IMG/VR virus record: IMGVR_UViG_2522125086_000001
Reading direction: 5' to 3' (one strand)
Origin: an uncultured virus (IMG/VR IMGVR_UViG_2522125086_000001)
Taxonomy: Duplodnaviria; Heunggongvirae; Uroviricota; Caudoviricetes
Length of the DNA stretch: 37,524 nucleotides
In this document: in pieces, positions 25,856 through 35,587 of the stretch
Layout of the letters: the number at the start of each line of letters is the position of its first letter
Position numbering within the stretch: the stretch's first letter is position 1
Notes under the pieces: generated by a model
The model's input: only the letters and a program-made list of their open reading frames with translations
Database searches by the model: none
Told to the model about the DNA's origin: nothing
Made by a program: the position numbers and the translations under genes

Positions 25856-28573
25856 ATGAACGACAGCACCATCAGGCTTTCAGCCGACACGTCAGCTCTC
25901 TCGGATTCACTCTCCAAAATTGCCGAGGAAATGACTGCTATGAAGGACGCTGTTTCCTCCTCGGCTGCTGCCATGGGTGCAAACCTTGATGCCTCGGCAA
26001 AACAGGCAGAGGCTACCAATGCCGCAATTCACGGACTTGATGACAGCGTTAAGACCGTAACCGACTCCATCAACGAGCAGACCAAAACTGTTACCGACCT
26101 CGGCACACAGCAAAGTAAGGTAACAAAGGAAATCAGCAAGGCCTTAAATACTCAGAATACCCAGCAGAAAGACGCCAACACCACTCTTGCCGAGCAGAAG
26201 AAAATCATGCAGGAGCAGGAAGCTGAAATCAAAAAGGTTACCAAGGCTGTGGATAATCAGACCGGAGTTCTGCAGAAAAATGCCGGTGGCTGGAAAATGC
26301 TGATGACGGGTTTTGCCATCAAGTTTGCCTCTGAAGTTGTTGATGGTTTTAAGAGCATCATTTCCACCGGACTTGAGGCCTCTCGTGTTTACGAGGACAT
26401 GACGGCAAGACTTACACCTCTCGTGGGTGATTTGGAAACTGCTCAGAAAACCTTCTGGAGCCTTAACGGTCTTGAGGATGAAACAGCAACTGCCACCGAT
26501 AAACTCGCTAAAGCCTTTGTGGATTTAGGTAATAACGGACTAACCAATTCCAATGAGCAGCTTAAGACCTATGCCACCATTGCTCATGGTACAGGTAGAG
26601 ACATCAACACCTTAACTGATGCGGTTATTGCCTTCTCGCAAGGCTCTACCAAGGCACTAAGGCAGTTTGGCATTACTGCAAAGGACAACGGCGATACCAT
26701 TTCTCTTACCTACAAAGGCTCAACCACTGAGATTGAAAAGAACAGCAAGGCTCTTGATGAGTACCTGAATCAGCTTGCTAGAAACAACTTTGACGGAGTG
26801 CTGGAAGTCAAGCTCAACACTGTATCTGCCGCCACCGGAAGACTGGATAACGCCTGGGGAACTTTCTGCACCAGACTCATGCAGTCAAACGGCGGTTTCG
26901 GTGAACTCATCATCATGGGTAATGACTTTCTTGCCAATACCCTGAACGGTATTTCTGAATGGCTGGACGACCCTGCGGTAATTGAGTGGTTCCACAATCT
27001 TGCAAAAACGGTACGTGAGACTTTCGAGGGAATACGCACCGCATGGGATAGCGTGAAGGACTTTTTCAGCGACACCCTTGAGCTTATCGGTGTTGAGATG
27101 AAGGACGGAACCGGGAACTGGAAACTTTTCTTTTCAAACTTTTTTCAGTTTGCTCAGATTGGCCTGCTGCAGCTCAGTCAGAAAGTCGGAGAGCTGTGGG
27201 ATAACACCATCGGTTATCTCAATGCCATAGGTGAAGGTATCGGAACCTCTCTTTCCGGCGGAACATTCTCCGAGGGCTTTGATTTTGCCCGTGAGCGAAC
27301 CAAAAGAGAGGCAGAGGAAACCGCAAAAATCTATAAGGCCACCATTGCCGGAATCGAAAAGAACATCACCGAGTCGCAGAACCGCATTGCCGCTGAACGG
27401 CAGAGAATTGCGGAAAAGTATCAGAACAAGCCTGTGGGTGAAGGAACTCAGTCTGTTGACGGCTTGAGGATTGGTGCAAATAAAGACTCAGGCAAAGGAA
27501 AAAGTGGCGGCGGTGCTCTCTCCAAATCGGCAGAAGCCCGTGATACCTGGACTCCGTACTACGAGCAGATTTTGGAACTCGATATCCGCTCAAAGGGAGA
27601 ATTAGAACAGCTCGAATGGGAACATGCCAGGAAAATCAGTGAGTTTAATGCCGTTATAGCAGAGAACACAATAATTTCCGAAACCGAGAAAAACAATGCT
27701 CTGCTCATTCTTGAACAGGACTATCAGAAACAGAAAGCTGAAATTGAAAAGTCGGCCATGGACTTCATCAATTCTCTCAATCCCGAGGATGAGGAGATTG
27801 TCAGATTGCAGGAAAGTTACGGCAGAAAGCTTGAAATGCTGGAGCAGTACCACAATGACAGACTGATTTCCGAGGAAAACTACCTGCAGGCGCATACGGC
27901 TCTGATGGAACAATACACCACAGAATCGACTGCGGCCAAACAGAAAAAACAGTCCGAAGATTTGAAGAAAATGATGGAGCCTTACGAGAAAATGGCTGAT
28001 GCCACCATTTCAATTTCCGATGCCTTTGATGATTTGTCTGCCAATATGAACGAATCCTCCGGTGCCTATAAGGCCTTATTTGCGGTTCAGAAAAGTTTTG
28101 CGGTAGCCAGTGCCACCATGGATGCGGTGCAGGCATGGATTAAGGCTTTAAATGATCCGACAGCAGTTACCTGGCCACAGAAACTAGCGAACTATGCATC
28201 CGCTGTTGCCACCACATCCTCCGCCATTTCCCAGCTTACCTCGGTTTCCATGCACGATAAAGGCGGTCAGATTAAAGCCGGTGAATGGGGTATCGTCGGT
28301 GAGTACGGACCGGAGCTGGTGCAGGGGCCGATGAGCGTGACTTCCCGAAAGGAAACTGCTGAACTGGCACGTTCTGCCATTAACGGAGGCTCGGGAAACG
28401 GCTGCAATGTATGTGTGAACCTTTACGAGAATTCTGAAAAGGCAGGAACCGTTGAAACCCGCGGTGATGATGAGCAGAGAATCGTAGATATCTTTGTGGC
28501 CGACATCCGTCACGGCGGTTCAATGAGCAAAGCTCTGCAGAGCACCTTCAATCTCAGTCGAATGGGAGCTTAA
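25856..28573 (+). CDS. Tail tape measure protein
   Basis: 905 aa, helical and Ala/Thr/Glu-rich; C-terminal HDKGGQI...GIVGEYGPELV. Confidence 0.9.
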   Translation: MNDSTIRLSADTSALSDSLSKIAEEMTAMKDAVSSSAAAMGANLDASAKQAEATNAAIHGLDDSVKTVTDSINEQTKTVTDLGTQQSKVTKEISKALNTQNTQQKDANTTLAEQKKIMQEQEAEIKKVTKAVDNQTGVLQKNAGGWKMLMTGFAIKFASEVVDGFKSIISTGLEASRVYEDMTARLTPLVGDLETAQKTFWSLNGLEDETATATDKLAKAFVDLGNNGLTNSNEQLKTYATIAHGTGRDINTLTDAVIAFSQGSTKALRQFGITAKDNGDTISLTYKGSTTEIEKNSKALDEYLNQLARNNFDGVLEVKLNTVSAATGRLDNAWGTFCTRLMQSNGGFGELIIMGNDFLANTLNGISEWLDDPAVIEWFHNLAKTVRETFEGIRTAWDSVKDFFSDTLELIGVEMKDGTGNWKLFFSNFFQFAQIGLLQLSQKVGELWDNTIGYLNAIGEGIGTSLSGGTFSEGFDFARERTKREAEETAKIYKATIAGIEKNITESQNRIAAERQRIAEKYQNKPVGEGTQSVDGLRIGANKDSGKGKSGGGALSKSAEARDTWTPYYEQILELDIRSKGELEQLEWEHARKISEFNAVIAENTIISETEKNNALLILEQDYQKQKAEIEKSAMDFINSLNPEDEEIVRLQESYGRKLEMLEQYHNDRLISEENYLQAHTALMEQYTTESTAAKQKKQSEDLKKMMEPYEKMADATISISDAFDDLSANMNESSGAYKALFAVQKSFAVASATMDAVQAWIKALNDPTAVTWPQKLANYASAVATTSSAISQLTSVSMHDKGGQIKAGEWGIVGEYGPELVQGPMSVTSRKETAELARSAINGGSGNGCNVCVNLYENSEKAGTVETRGDDEQRIVDIFVADIRHGGSMSKALQSTFNLSRMGA

Positions 28574-28575
28574 TC

Positions 28576-29250
28576 ATGCAATTTTATCCTTCTTATCTGC
28601 CGCCTCCGCAGCAGAGAGGCTTTAACTACAAAATCAAACCCAACATCATCAGAACCCAGATGGCAGACGGCCATGTTCGGCAAAGGCTGGTTAATACCGG
28701 AACTCCTCATGAGCTTTCCGTAAATTTCATTTTCAGTGATGAAGAATACCGGAAGTTTATGGCATGGTACCGAAAAGACATCAACTACGGTCAGGACTGG
28801 TTCTACATGCCGGTGCTGAATGAATACGGCAGCACTGATTCACTCTGCAGAATACAGAATGGCGAACTCTCTGCCTCGCTTAACTGCGTTAACAACAATG
28901 GTCCGTTATGGTCGGTGCAGTGCCGCCTTGACGTAGAACCGGGAATTGGCGGTGATGAGGTATGGATTGATCCGGAAGGCTGGGATGAGCTTTATGCCTA
29001 TATCTGGGTTGCTTATTACACCAATTACGAGTGGCCGGGGATTAAGCTCAAAAAGAATAGATTCGGCTATTACGTTTTTAACCTGAATCTTCTCAAAGGT
29101 TATCCGTATGACGGGTATGTGGAATTCAACGATAACAACGGCAATTCCACCTGGAGTTTTTATTCCTACGAAATCGATGACTGGTGTGGCCGCATTATCA
29201 AAGTCAAGCCGGATTCTGAAGAGGTGGAATACCTTTCATGGTTTAACTAA
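28576..29250 (+). CDS. Distal tail (lambda M-like) protein with C-terminal CBM26-like module
   Basis: N-terminal YPSYLPPPQ..IIRTQMADGHVRQR..F.AWY...GQDWF; C-terminal YAYIW...WPG...GYY...FNDN. Confidence 0.65.
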   Translation: MQFYPSYLPPPQQRGFNYKIKPNIIRTQMADGHVRQRLVNTGTPHELSVNFIFSDEEYRKFMAWYRKDINYGQDWFYMPVLNEYGSTDSLCRIQNGELSASLNCVNNNGPLWSVQCRLDVEPGIGGDEVWIDPEGWDELYAYIWVAYYTNYEWPGIKLKKNRFGYYVFNLNLLKGYPYDGYVEFNDNNGNSTWSFYSYEIDDWCGRIIKVKPDSEEVEYLSWFN

Positions 29251-29259
29251 GGACGGAAA

Positions 29260-29724
29260 ATGCTTTATTCACTTGAAGAAATCTATGCCAGCGGTGGCAG
29301 ACTGCCGATTGTTACTCTCACCATTGCCAATGAGAGCACCGGAACTCTGCGTTATGTGCTGGGTTACGAAGACATGCAGCTCTGGGGCAATACCTATGAA
29401 AAATCTGCCTTTACGGTTTCAATGCCGGAAAGGTCTGACAGCGGCTTTTCCGATTTATCCTTCGGAGTTGACGGAGTCAGCGGTGAAGCCTACGAGTATA
29501 TGAAGCGGGTTATCGAAACTCAGACAACCACCTACATCACCGTTACCCAGTGGCATTATGAATATCACGACAAGCTTTCTGAACTGACGCTCACCATCAC
29601 CGGCGGACGCATCACCCGGGAATCGGCAACTTTCACCGCATCCTTCTGCGATATGCTGAATCTTGAGTTTCCGCGTCTGCGCTATACCGCATCAAATGCA
29701 CCGGGGCTTAAGTATGTGGCTTAA
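29260..29724 (+). CDS. Tail tip protein (DUF1833-like)
   Basis: LEEIYASGG, LGYED, FTVSMP, LNLEFPRLRYT..NAPGL. Confidence 0.75.
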   Translation: MLYSLEEIYASGGRLPIVTLTIANESTGTLRYVLGYEDMQLWGNTYEKSAFTVSMPERSDSGFSDLSFGVDGVSGEAYEYMKRVIETQTTTYITVTQWHYEYHDKLSELTLTITGGRITRESATFTASFCDMLNLEFPRLRYTASNAPGLKYVA

Positions 29725-30103
29725 CCATTATCTTCTCATCAGACATACACCGAACGGCAGAAAGTATCCGTTCCTCGACTGCTGGGGACTGGTCTGCGAG
29801 TTCTACCGCCGGGAGCTGGGCATAGAACTTGACGACTATACGGATTTCAGCATTCGGGAAGGGTTCAAGAAGGAAAGATCCTGCTTTTTTGAAATTGACC
29901 CGCCCCACTCCGAGTTCGGTGACGTGATTGCATTTTTCAGGCATGGTCTGATCTTCCATGTAGCAGTGTATCTTGGCAAAGGTGAAATGCTACACACCGG
30001 ACTTAACCGTCATTGCCGGGTGGAAAAGATCAGATCAATGCAGTTTGTTGAAACAAGAATCTACAGGCATACCAGCCTTCCAAAGAGAAAAAATGAAACT
30101 TGA
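29714..30103 (+). CDS. NlpC/P60 tail tip assembly protein
   Basis: LDCWGLV, HVAVYLG, MLH catalytic pattern. Confidence 0.85.
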   Translation: MWLNHYLLIRHTPNGRKYPFLDCWGLVCEFYRRELGIELDDYTDFSIREGFKKERSCFFEIDPPHSEFGDVIAFFRHGLIFHVAVYLGKGEMLHTGLNRHCRVEKIRSMQFVETRIYRHTSLPKRKNET

Positions 30104-33100
30104 AATTGTAACCAGAGAGGACTTGAGCAAGGTTCTCGAGCAGTTAGATCTGCCTGAATACAGCGGAAGTCTGCCCGCTCTCCTGAAAAGTCAGATCACA
30201 TCATACAATCCGACATTAAAACCATATCTGTCGCTTTACGTTAACGGCAGAAAGGTAGAACAGACTGAATGGCAGCACACCTTTATCAGTCGTGATGATC
30301 ATTTAAAGTTTGTCATTGAACCCGGAGTAACCGGTACAGCCATTGCCGCTATCATTTCCGTGGTAGTTGCTGTGGCTTCTGCCGTTTATGCCATGGTGAG
30401 CATGAACAAGCTGGGCAAGCACAATCAGAAGGATTCCAAACAGGGAAACTCCATCTATGACGTGAATGTTCAGGGCAACAAAGTAAAACTGATGGAAATC
30501 ATCCCGGAAAACTTCGGATTCTTCAAACGCTACCCTGATTACCTTGCAGACAGACATGTGTTTTACCGCAACAATACTCTGTTCTGCGACATGATTTTAT
30601 GCCAGGGTATCGGCTACTACGATTACAAATCCGACCACTCAGACATCTACATCGGCGAGACTCCCATCAGTGAACTCAAGGGCTGTGCGGCTCACATTAT
30701 CGAGCCGGGAATAAAGATTACCGCAGAGAATTCTCCCGAAGACAAGTCATGGTACTGCTGGTATTCCTCCACCGAGGTCACCCAAAGCGGCCATACACTT
30801 AAAAGCGGGCAGGGCAAAATCGATACCTCCTCAAAGGATGGTGTAAATCTTGAGTTCAGTGGTAAGACCTTCTCAGGTTTTTCCTATCAGAGTTTTTCCC
30901 ACGGTTATGGCGGCTGCTCCGGTGGCGGGGTTGATGTTCACCGCATCAGGAAAACCTTCGATTTGAAATGGGCAGACGGAACCATATTTGAGCTTTCCGG
31001 GGTTACCAATACCCGCAGAATAAGCACAGAGATTGTTTCTGCAAGCTCTGATGAAGGAATAACTGTTATTACAGTGAAAAAGGACGCTCTCATTCAGGAT
31101 TTCAGCTATCTCCGGTCAAGGCAGACTGAAGTTCAAACTGCTATTGATGAGGAAACCGGTGAGGAGACACAGACCGAGGTGATTGTAAGAAACGGTGATT
31201 ATGTCAGAGTTTCCTTATCGGCAATAACATCAGTCACCTATGACACCATTCCTTCCGGCTCAAGCGGAGGAAAATCTGTCACCGAGGAGGAAAGCAACGA
31301 CGTGTCTGCGCTCTGTGAAATCCTGGAGATAACCGCTGACGGTGACAATGTTACGCTGAAGTTCGACAGTTCGGATTTAACAGTTCCTGCCTTCCCGGAT
31401 ACAGTTGAACCGTCTCAGCCCTACACAAAGATTACCGATACGGCAAATCGGCTGGCAGGCTCTGTGTTTCAGCCCATGCCTGCGGATTATCCGTATGACG
31501 ATAACGGCTTTTATGAAATCGTGAGTTTCAGAGATGGCACCTATACGGTTAAGAGACTCAATGACAGCTACGGTGAAATCGCTGACTGGCCGGGGTTCTT
31601 TTCCAGCGGAATCAATCAGGAAAACACTGTCTTTACGTTAATCAGCGGTCAGGCAAGTGACGGCGGTTACGTTGGACCTTACCGGGCATGTCCGTATGGT
31701 GCGGTATCAAACATCTTTGAACTTGATTTCTCTCTGCCGTCAGGACTTGGAAAACTCAACGATGACGGTGATTTTGAGAAACTCACCATCACCATTCAGA
31801 TTGAGTACCGCAGAGCCGGTTCGGATGATGAGTACACGGTGATTGAGAAATCATGGACCAACAGTACCAACGACCAGCTTGCCGAAACCATCAGACTTGA
31901 ACTTGATGCAGCAGACAACTATGAGTTCAGGGTTCTCAGAACCTCAAAGGAGGACGGCTCAACCCGGGCTCTCGAGGAAATCAAATGGACCGGACTTAAA
32001 AGCGTCATCAGCACCATTGACCGGTATGACAACATGACCGTGCTCATCTGCAGGTTTAAAGGCAATGAAACCTTATCCGAGCTTTCCGAAAATCAGCTCG
32101 CCACTTACTGGACAAGAAAACTTCCTGCTCTGGGGTATTCAGATAATCTGCCGCTGACGCCGACAAGGGATATTGCTCCGGTGGTTCAGTACATTGTACG
32201 GAAATCCAAATACCGCAATATCCTTGATGTCGATACGCTGATGGAGTTTGATGAACTGTGGCGGTCACAGGGACTTGAATGTAACGGCTCCATCGACAGT
32301 GACAGCACGTTACTTGAAAGTTTACGCGATGTGCTCAACTGCGGCTTTGCAGTTCCGGTGGTTCGTGACAACACCTTATCGGTTAAGAGGCTTCATGCCG
32401 GAGCACAGCCTGTGCAGATTTTCACGAAAAGCAATATGACCTCAAGTCCGGTGATCACTTACTCTCTGCCCAAGGACGATGACATAAACGAAGTGGTGGT
32501 AAATTTCACCTCTCCGAAAACCTATAAGACCGAAACGGTGTACTGTCACACTGATGATGAAGGAAACAAACGCATCACTGATTATCCTGAATCTGACAAT
32601 CAGGAAAGACTTGATGCCTGGGGCGTAACCGACAGAGAGCATGCCATTGCTCTCGGTATGAGGCGACTTCGGTATCTTAGAAATACCCGGGTAACCTATG
32701 ACATCAAAACCGAACTCAACGGACTCAACTGCAATTTCAACGACCTTGTGGGACTGGTGCTGGATGAGAATCTCTCGAACATCACCGGAAGGATAACCGC
32801 AATTAACGGTCAGAACATCACTACTGATATCGAGATTCCGGAAGACTGCTGGGACGGAGTTATATACATTTCAAGGAAGGACGGCTCTTATGGTGAATAT
32901 ACCTTTTACCGCAATGACAGCCATTCTCTCTATTTAGACAGTTATCCAGATATCTACTGGGACAGTGAGTTTGGCAAGTCTCTCGAATATCCGCTCTTTG
33001 CCATCGGAGAGTTACAGCTCTGCTGGGTTACGGCTGTTAAACCGGAAAGCAATAACAGGTGTTCGCTCAGTCTCATCAATTACTCGGAGGACATTTTCAG

Positions 33101-33128
33101 AGATGACATTAAGGAGAAAAACCAATGA
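30093..33128 (+). CDS. Host-specificity/tail tip J-like protein with N-terminal I-like domain
   Basis: LYVNG...FVIEPG plus hydrophobic helix; IPENFG, YVGPYRACP, WTGLKS, TRKLP; start at MKLEIV. Confidence 0.85.
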   Translation: MKLEIVTREDLSKVLEQLDLPEYSGSLPALLKSQITSYNPTLKPYLSLYVNGRKVEQTEWQHTFISRDDHLKFVIEPGVTGTAIAAIISVVVAVASAVYAMVSMNKLGKHNQKDSKQGNSIYDVNVQGNKVKLMEIIPENFGFFKRYPDYLADRHVFYRNNTLFCDMILCQGIGYYDYKSDHSDIYIGETPISELKGCAAHIIEPGIKITAENSPEDKSWYCWYSSTEVTQSGHTLKSGQGKIDTSSKDGVNLEFSGKTFSGFSYQSFSHGYGGCSGGGVDVHRIRKTFDLKWADGTIFELSGVTNTRRISTEIVSASSDEGITVITVKKDALIQDFSYLRSRQTEVQTAIDEETGEETQTEVIVRNGDYVRVSLSAITSVTYDTIPSGSSGGKSVTEEESNDVSALCEILEITADGDNVTLKFDSSDLTVPAFPDTVEPSQPYTKITDTANRLAGSVFQPMPADYPYDDNGFYEIVSFRDGTYTVKRLNDSYGEIADWPGFFSSGINQENTVFTLISGQASDGGYVGPYRACPYGAVSNIFELDFSLPSGLGKLNDDGDFEKLTITIQIEYRRAGSDDEYTVIEKSWTNSTNDQLAETIRLELDAADNYEFRVLRTSKEDGSTRALEEIKWTGLKSVISTIDRYDNMTVLICRFKGNETLSELSENQLATYWTRKLPALGYSDNLPLTPTRDIAPVVQYIVRKSKYRNILDVDTLMEFDELWRSQGLECNGSIDSDSTLLESLRDVLNCGFAVPVVRDNTLSVKRLHAGAQPVQIFTKSNMTSSPVITYSLPKDDDINEVVVNFTSPKTYKTETVYCHTDDEGNKRITDYPESDNQERLDAWGVTDREHAIALGMRRLRYLRNTRVTYDIKTELNGLNCNFNDLVGLVLDENLSNITGRITAINGQNITTDIEIPEDCWDGVIYISRKDGSYGEYTFYRNDSHSLYLDSYPDIYWDSEFGKSLEYPLFAIGELQLCWVTAVKPESNNRCSLSLINYSEDIFRDDIKEKNQ

Positions 33129-33958
33129 AAGCATTTGTAGTTCTTGATGAGGGATATATCAATCAGGCGGTGGTATCCCTCAGCTCATTTTTCAAATACA
33201 ACCGCATAGAGCTCATCATTTATGCAGAAAAAGGCACAGACCTCGAGCGGGTTCTCGCCGTAGTGCCGGAAGAACTGGTGGAGGTTCGCTACGTATCTTT
33301 TCCGCAGCATGACCTTTTTGCCTCTGTAGGCGGTAACAGACTTATGGTTCACCGCAGTGCCGTACCTGCTATCGCACAAAGGATTATAGCTCTTGAGGAA
33401 GTTTCTGCAGAAACCGACTGTGTCCTGAACTTTGATTTGGACACTCTGTTTCTCGGCTCGGTGGTTCCTCTTCTTGAGGAGATTACGGCAGAGCATAAAT
33501 CCGGCATCTTCGGAGTCAGCGAACGGGAAAACCGGGACAAGTGGATGAAGCAAATGAAGCTTAAGGAAATCGTGAACACTCCGCTGTATTTCAATACCGG
33601 ACTTATGTGCTACAAGGCAGACTGCAAAGGACTGTATCAGAAGTTCATCAAAACGATTGAGGAAAAAGGCAACTTCATGTACTGCCCGGAGCAGGACTTT
33701 GTGAATCTTCACTTCAGGAAAAAGCATCGGCTTTCAGGTGAGTTCAATGCCATCTGGTTCAATCCGGGGTACAAGGAAATGGCTCCGCTGATGGTGCATT
33801 ACCTCTCAATGGAAAAACCATGGAACAGGTTCATCTACCTTGATTTCCGGGCTTATGCCTACTGGCAGAAATACCTCTCTGCCTGTGAACGGGTGGAAGG
33901 ATATCTTGACCGGGAGTTTCTGGAGCGGGTGCGAAGTAACGTAAGAAGAGTTAAATAA
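33125..33958 (+). CDS. Glycosyltransferase family 8
   Basis: NFDLDTL (DxD), YFNTGL, PEQDFVN, VHYLSMEKPW. Confidence 0.88.
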   Translation: MKAFVVLDEGYINQAVVSLSSFFKYNRIELIIYAEKGTDLERVLAVVPEELVEVRYVSFPQHDLFASVGGNRLMVHRSAVPAIAQRIIALEEVSAETDCVLNFDLDTLFLGSVVPLLEEITAEHKSGIFGVSERENRDKWMKQMKLKEIVNTPLYFNTGLMCYKADCKGLYQKFIKTIEEKGNFMYCPEQDFVNLHFRKKHRLSGEFNAIWFNPGYKEMAPLMVHYLSMEKPWNRFIYLDFRAYAYWQKYLSACERVEGYLDREFLERVRSNVRRVK

Positions 33959-33959
33959 C

Positions 33960-33984
33960 AGGCGGCTTAAAGGTCGCCTTTTTT
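33960..33984 (+). terminator. Rho-independent terminator
   Basis: AGGCGGC-TTAAAG-GTCGCCT-T run. Confidence 0.7.
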
Positions 33985-33999
33985 ATTGGAGAAAAAAAC

Positions 34000-34425
34000 A
34001 TGAGAGAGCTTTGGAATATGCTCCAGGCAATGTTTACGGGAATCGGCGGATGGCTCGGTTACTTCCTTGGCGGTTGTGACGGCCTCCTGTATGCCCTGAT
34101 TGCCTTTACGGTGATCGACTACATCAGCGGTGTGATGTGCGGGATTGTTGACGGCAAACTGTCGAGTTCCATCGGCTTTAAAGGCATCTGCCGTAAGGTG
34201 GTTGTCTTCATGCTCGTTGGCATTGCCAGCATTCTGGATACGAGGATTTTTCAGACCGGAAGTGTTCTGCGTACAGCGGTAATTTTCTTTTACCTTTCAA
34301 ACGAAGGTATCAGTCTTCTCGAGAACGCTGCACATCTCGGTCTGCCGATACCGAATGTGGTCAGAAAGGCATTAAACCAGTTACACGATAAATCAGAAAA
34401 TAAGGAGAATGAAAATGGGAAATAG
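34000..34425 (+). CDS. Phage holin (Firmicute toxin-secretion/phage-lysis family)
   Basis: FLGGCDGLL, DYISGV, LSSSIGFKGI, NEGISLLEN..LGLPIP; transmembrane segments. Confidence 0.92.
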   Translation: MRELWNMLQAMFTGIGGWLGYFLGGCDGLLYALIAFTVIDYISGVMCGIVDGKLSSSIGFKGICRKVVVFMLVGIASILDTRIFQTGSVLRTAVIFFYLSNEGISLLENAAHLGLPIPNVVRKALNQLHDKSENKENENGK

Positions 34426-34960
34426 TCCATTAGTGAGTTTTACAAAATTAAGTCCGAACCATTCCGGTAAAAGGACTCACACCATTGACCGCATTACACC
34501 TCACGCTGTTGTCGGTCAGCTTAGTGTCGAACGAATCTGCGACTGCTTTAAGGACAGAAGCAGACAGGCAAGCTGCAACTATGCCATCGGTGCTGATGGC
34601 AGAATTGGACTTTGCGTTGATGAGCAGAACCGCTCCTGGTGCTCATCATCAAGAGATAACGACCAGCGAGCAGTTACCATCGAGTGCGCATCAGATCTGA
34701 CGGAGCCTTACACCATGAAGCCGGAGGTGTATGCCGCCATGGTAGATCTGTGCGTTGATATCTGTAGAAGGAACGGAAAGAAACGACTGCTGTGGATCGC
34801 TGATCGGGATAAGGCTTTAATCTATGAGGTTAAATCTGACGAGATGTTGCTGACGGTTCATCGCTGGTTTGCTCGAAAGAGCTGTCCCGGAAACTGGCTA
34901 TTCGGGAAGTTGGGCGATTTGGCTCAGAAGGTAGATGCTATTTTGAAAAATGTTACATAA
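34409..34960 (+). CDS. Endolysin, N-acetylmuramoyl-L-alanine amidase (catalytic domain only)
   Basis: SPNHSG, ITPHAVVG, ASCNY, RSWCSS, TIECA, HRWF..KSCPG. Confidence 0.9.
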   Translation: MKMGNSPLVSFTKLSPNHSGKRTHTIDRITPHAVVGQLSVERICDCFKDRSRQASCNYAIGADGRIGLCVDEQNRSWCSSSRDNDQRAVTIECASDLTEPYTMKPEVYAAMVDLCVDICRRNGKKRLLWIADRDKALIYEVKSDEMLLTVHRWFARKSCPGNWLFGKLGDLAQKVDAILKNVT

Positions 34961-35087
34961 GTTTGGGTGTATCTAATGATAGTCCGTGAACTTATACTTT
35001 TGAGCGTCGAGATAACATTTGTTACTGCAGAGTGTTATCAGAATTTTCTTTTCGTGTCAATTTGGTCATGTGGCCTAAGGGAATATT

Positions 35088-35492
35088 ATGACGGAAGATA
35101 GAAGTGATTTAGACCTCGAAAGTATTTTGGGGGCTTGTACGCAACAGAGGCAACCCAATCTAGTATGGCCGTTCGGACGTAGGGATGATGGTACTTTCAA
35201 ACCAGCAAATGCTATGGACGTAGATAGTCTCAAAAAAGGCATTGAGCTTTTGGCAGAAGGTGTAACGAAAACAGTATTTGGCCTTGGGAGTATTTGTAAT
35301 GCACTGAATGGTGGAATTCCTGAAGCGGATTTTAAGGAATCTGTACGTAAGGGGATTACCAAGTCTGTTACTGATGTGGTTCTCCGTACTGAAACAAAGT
35401 CTATGCCATCATCACCACATAAGAGGTTAGAATCGGTAACTCCAGGTACTATACCAAATCAGGATCATGAACCATACGGTGAGAATGACTGA
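35088..35492 (+). CDS. Hypothetical protein
   Basis: 134-aa ORF with AAGGGA RBS. Confidence 0.45.
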   Translation: MTEDRSDLDLESILGACTQQRQPNLVWPFGRRDDGTFKPANAMDVDSLKKGIELLAEGVTKTVFGLGSICNALNGGIPEADFKESVRKGITKSVTDVVLRTETKSMPSSPHKRLESVTPGTIPNQDHEPYGEND

Positions 35493-35587
35493 TCTTGAGT
35501 AGGGGCTTTATTTAATTGTTTTTTCAACAATATTGAGTTCCTTGCATGGAATGAGTAATGAAAGGAACTCAGTAAAGAAATAGGTTT

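Noticed and set aside
30093..33128. Diversity-generating retroelement or invertible fibre cassette at the tail tip
   Set aside because: No reverse transcriptase, template/variable repeat pair or invertase was seen.
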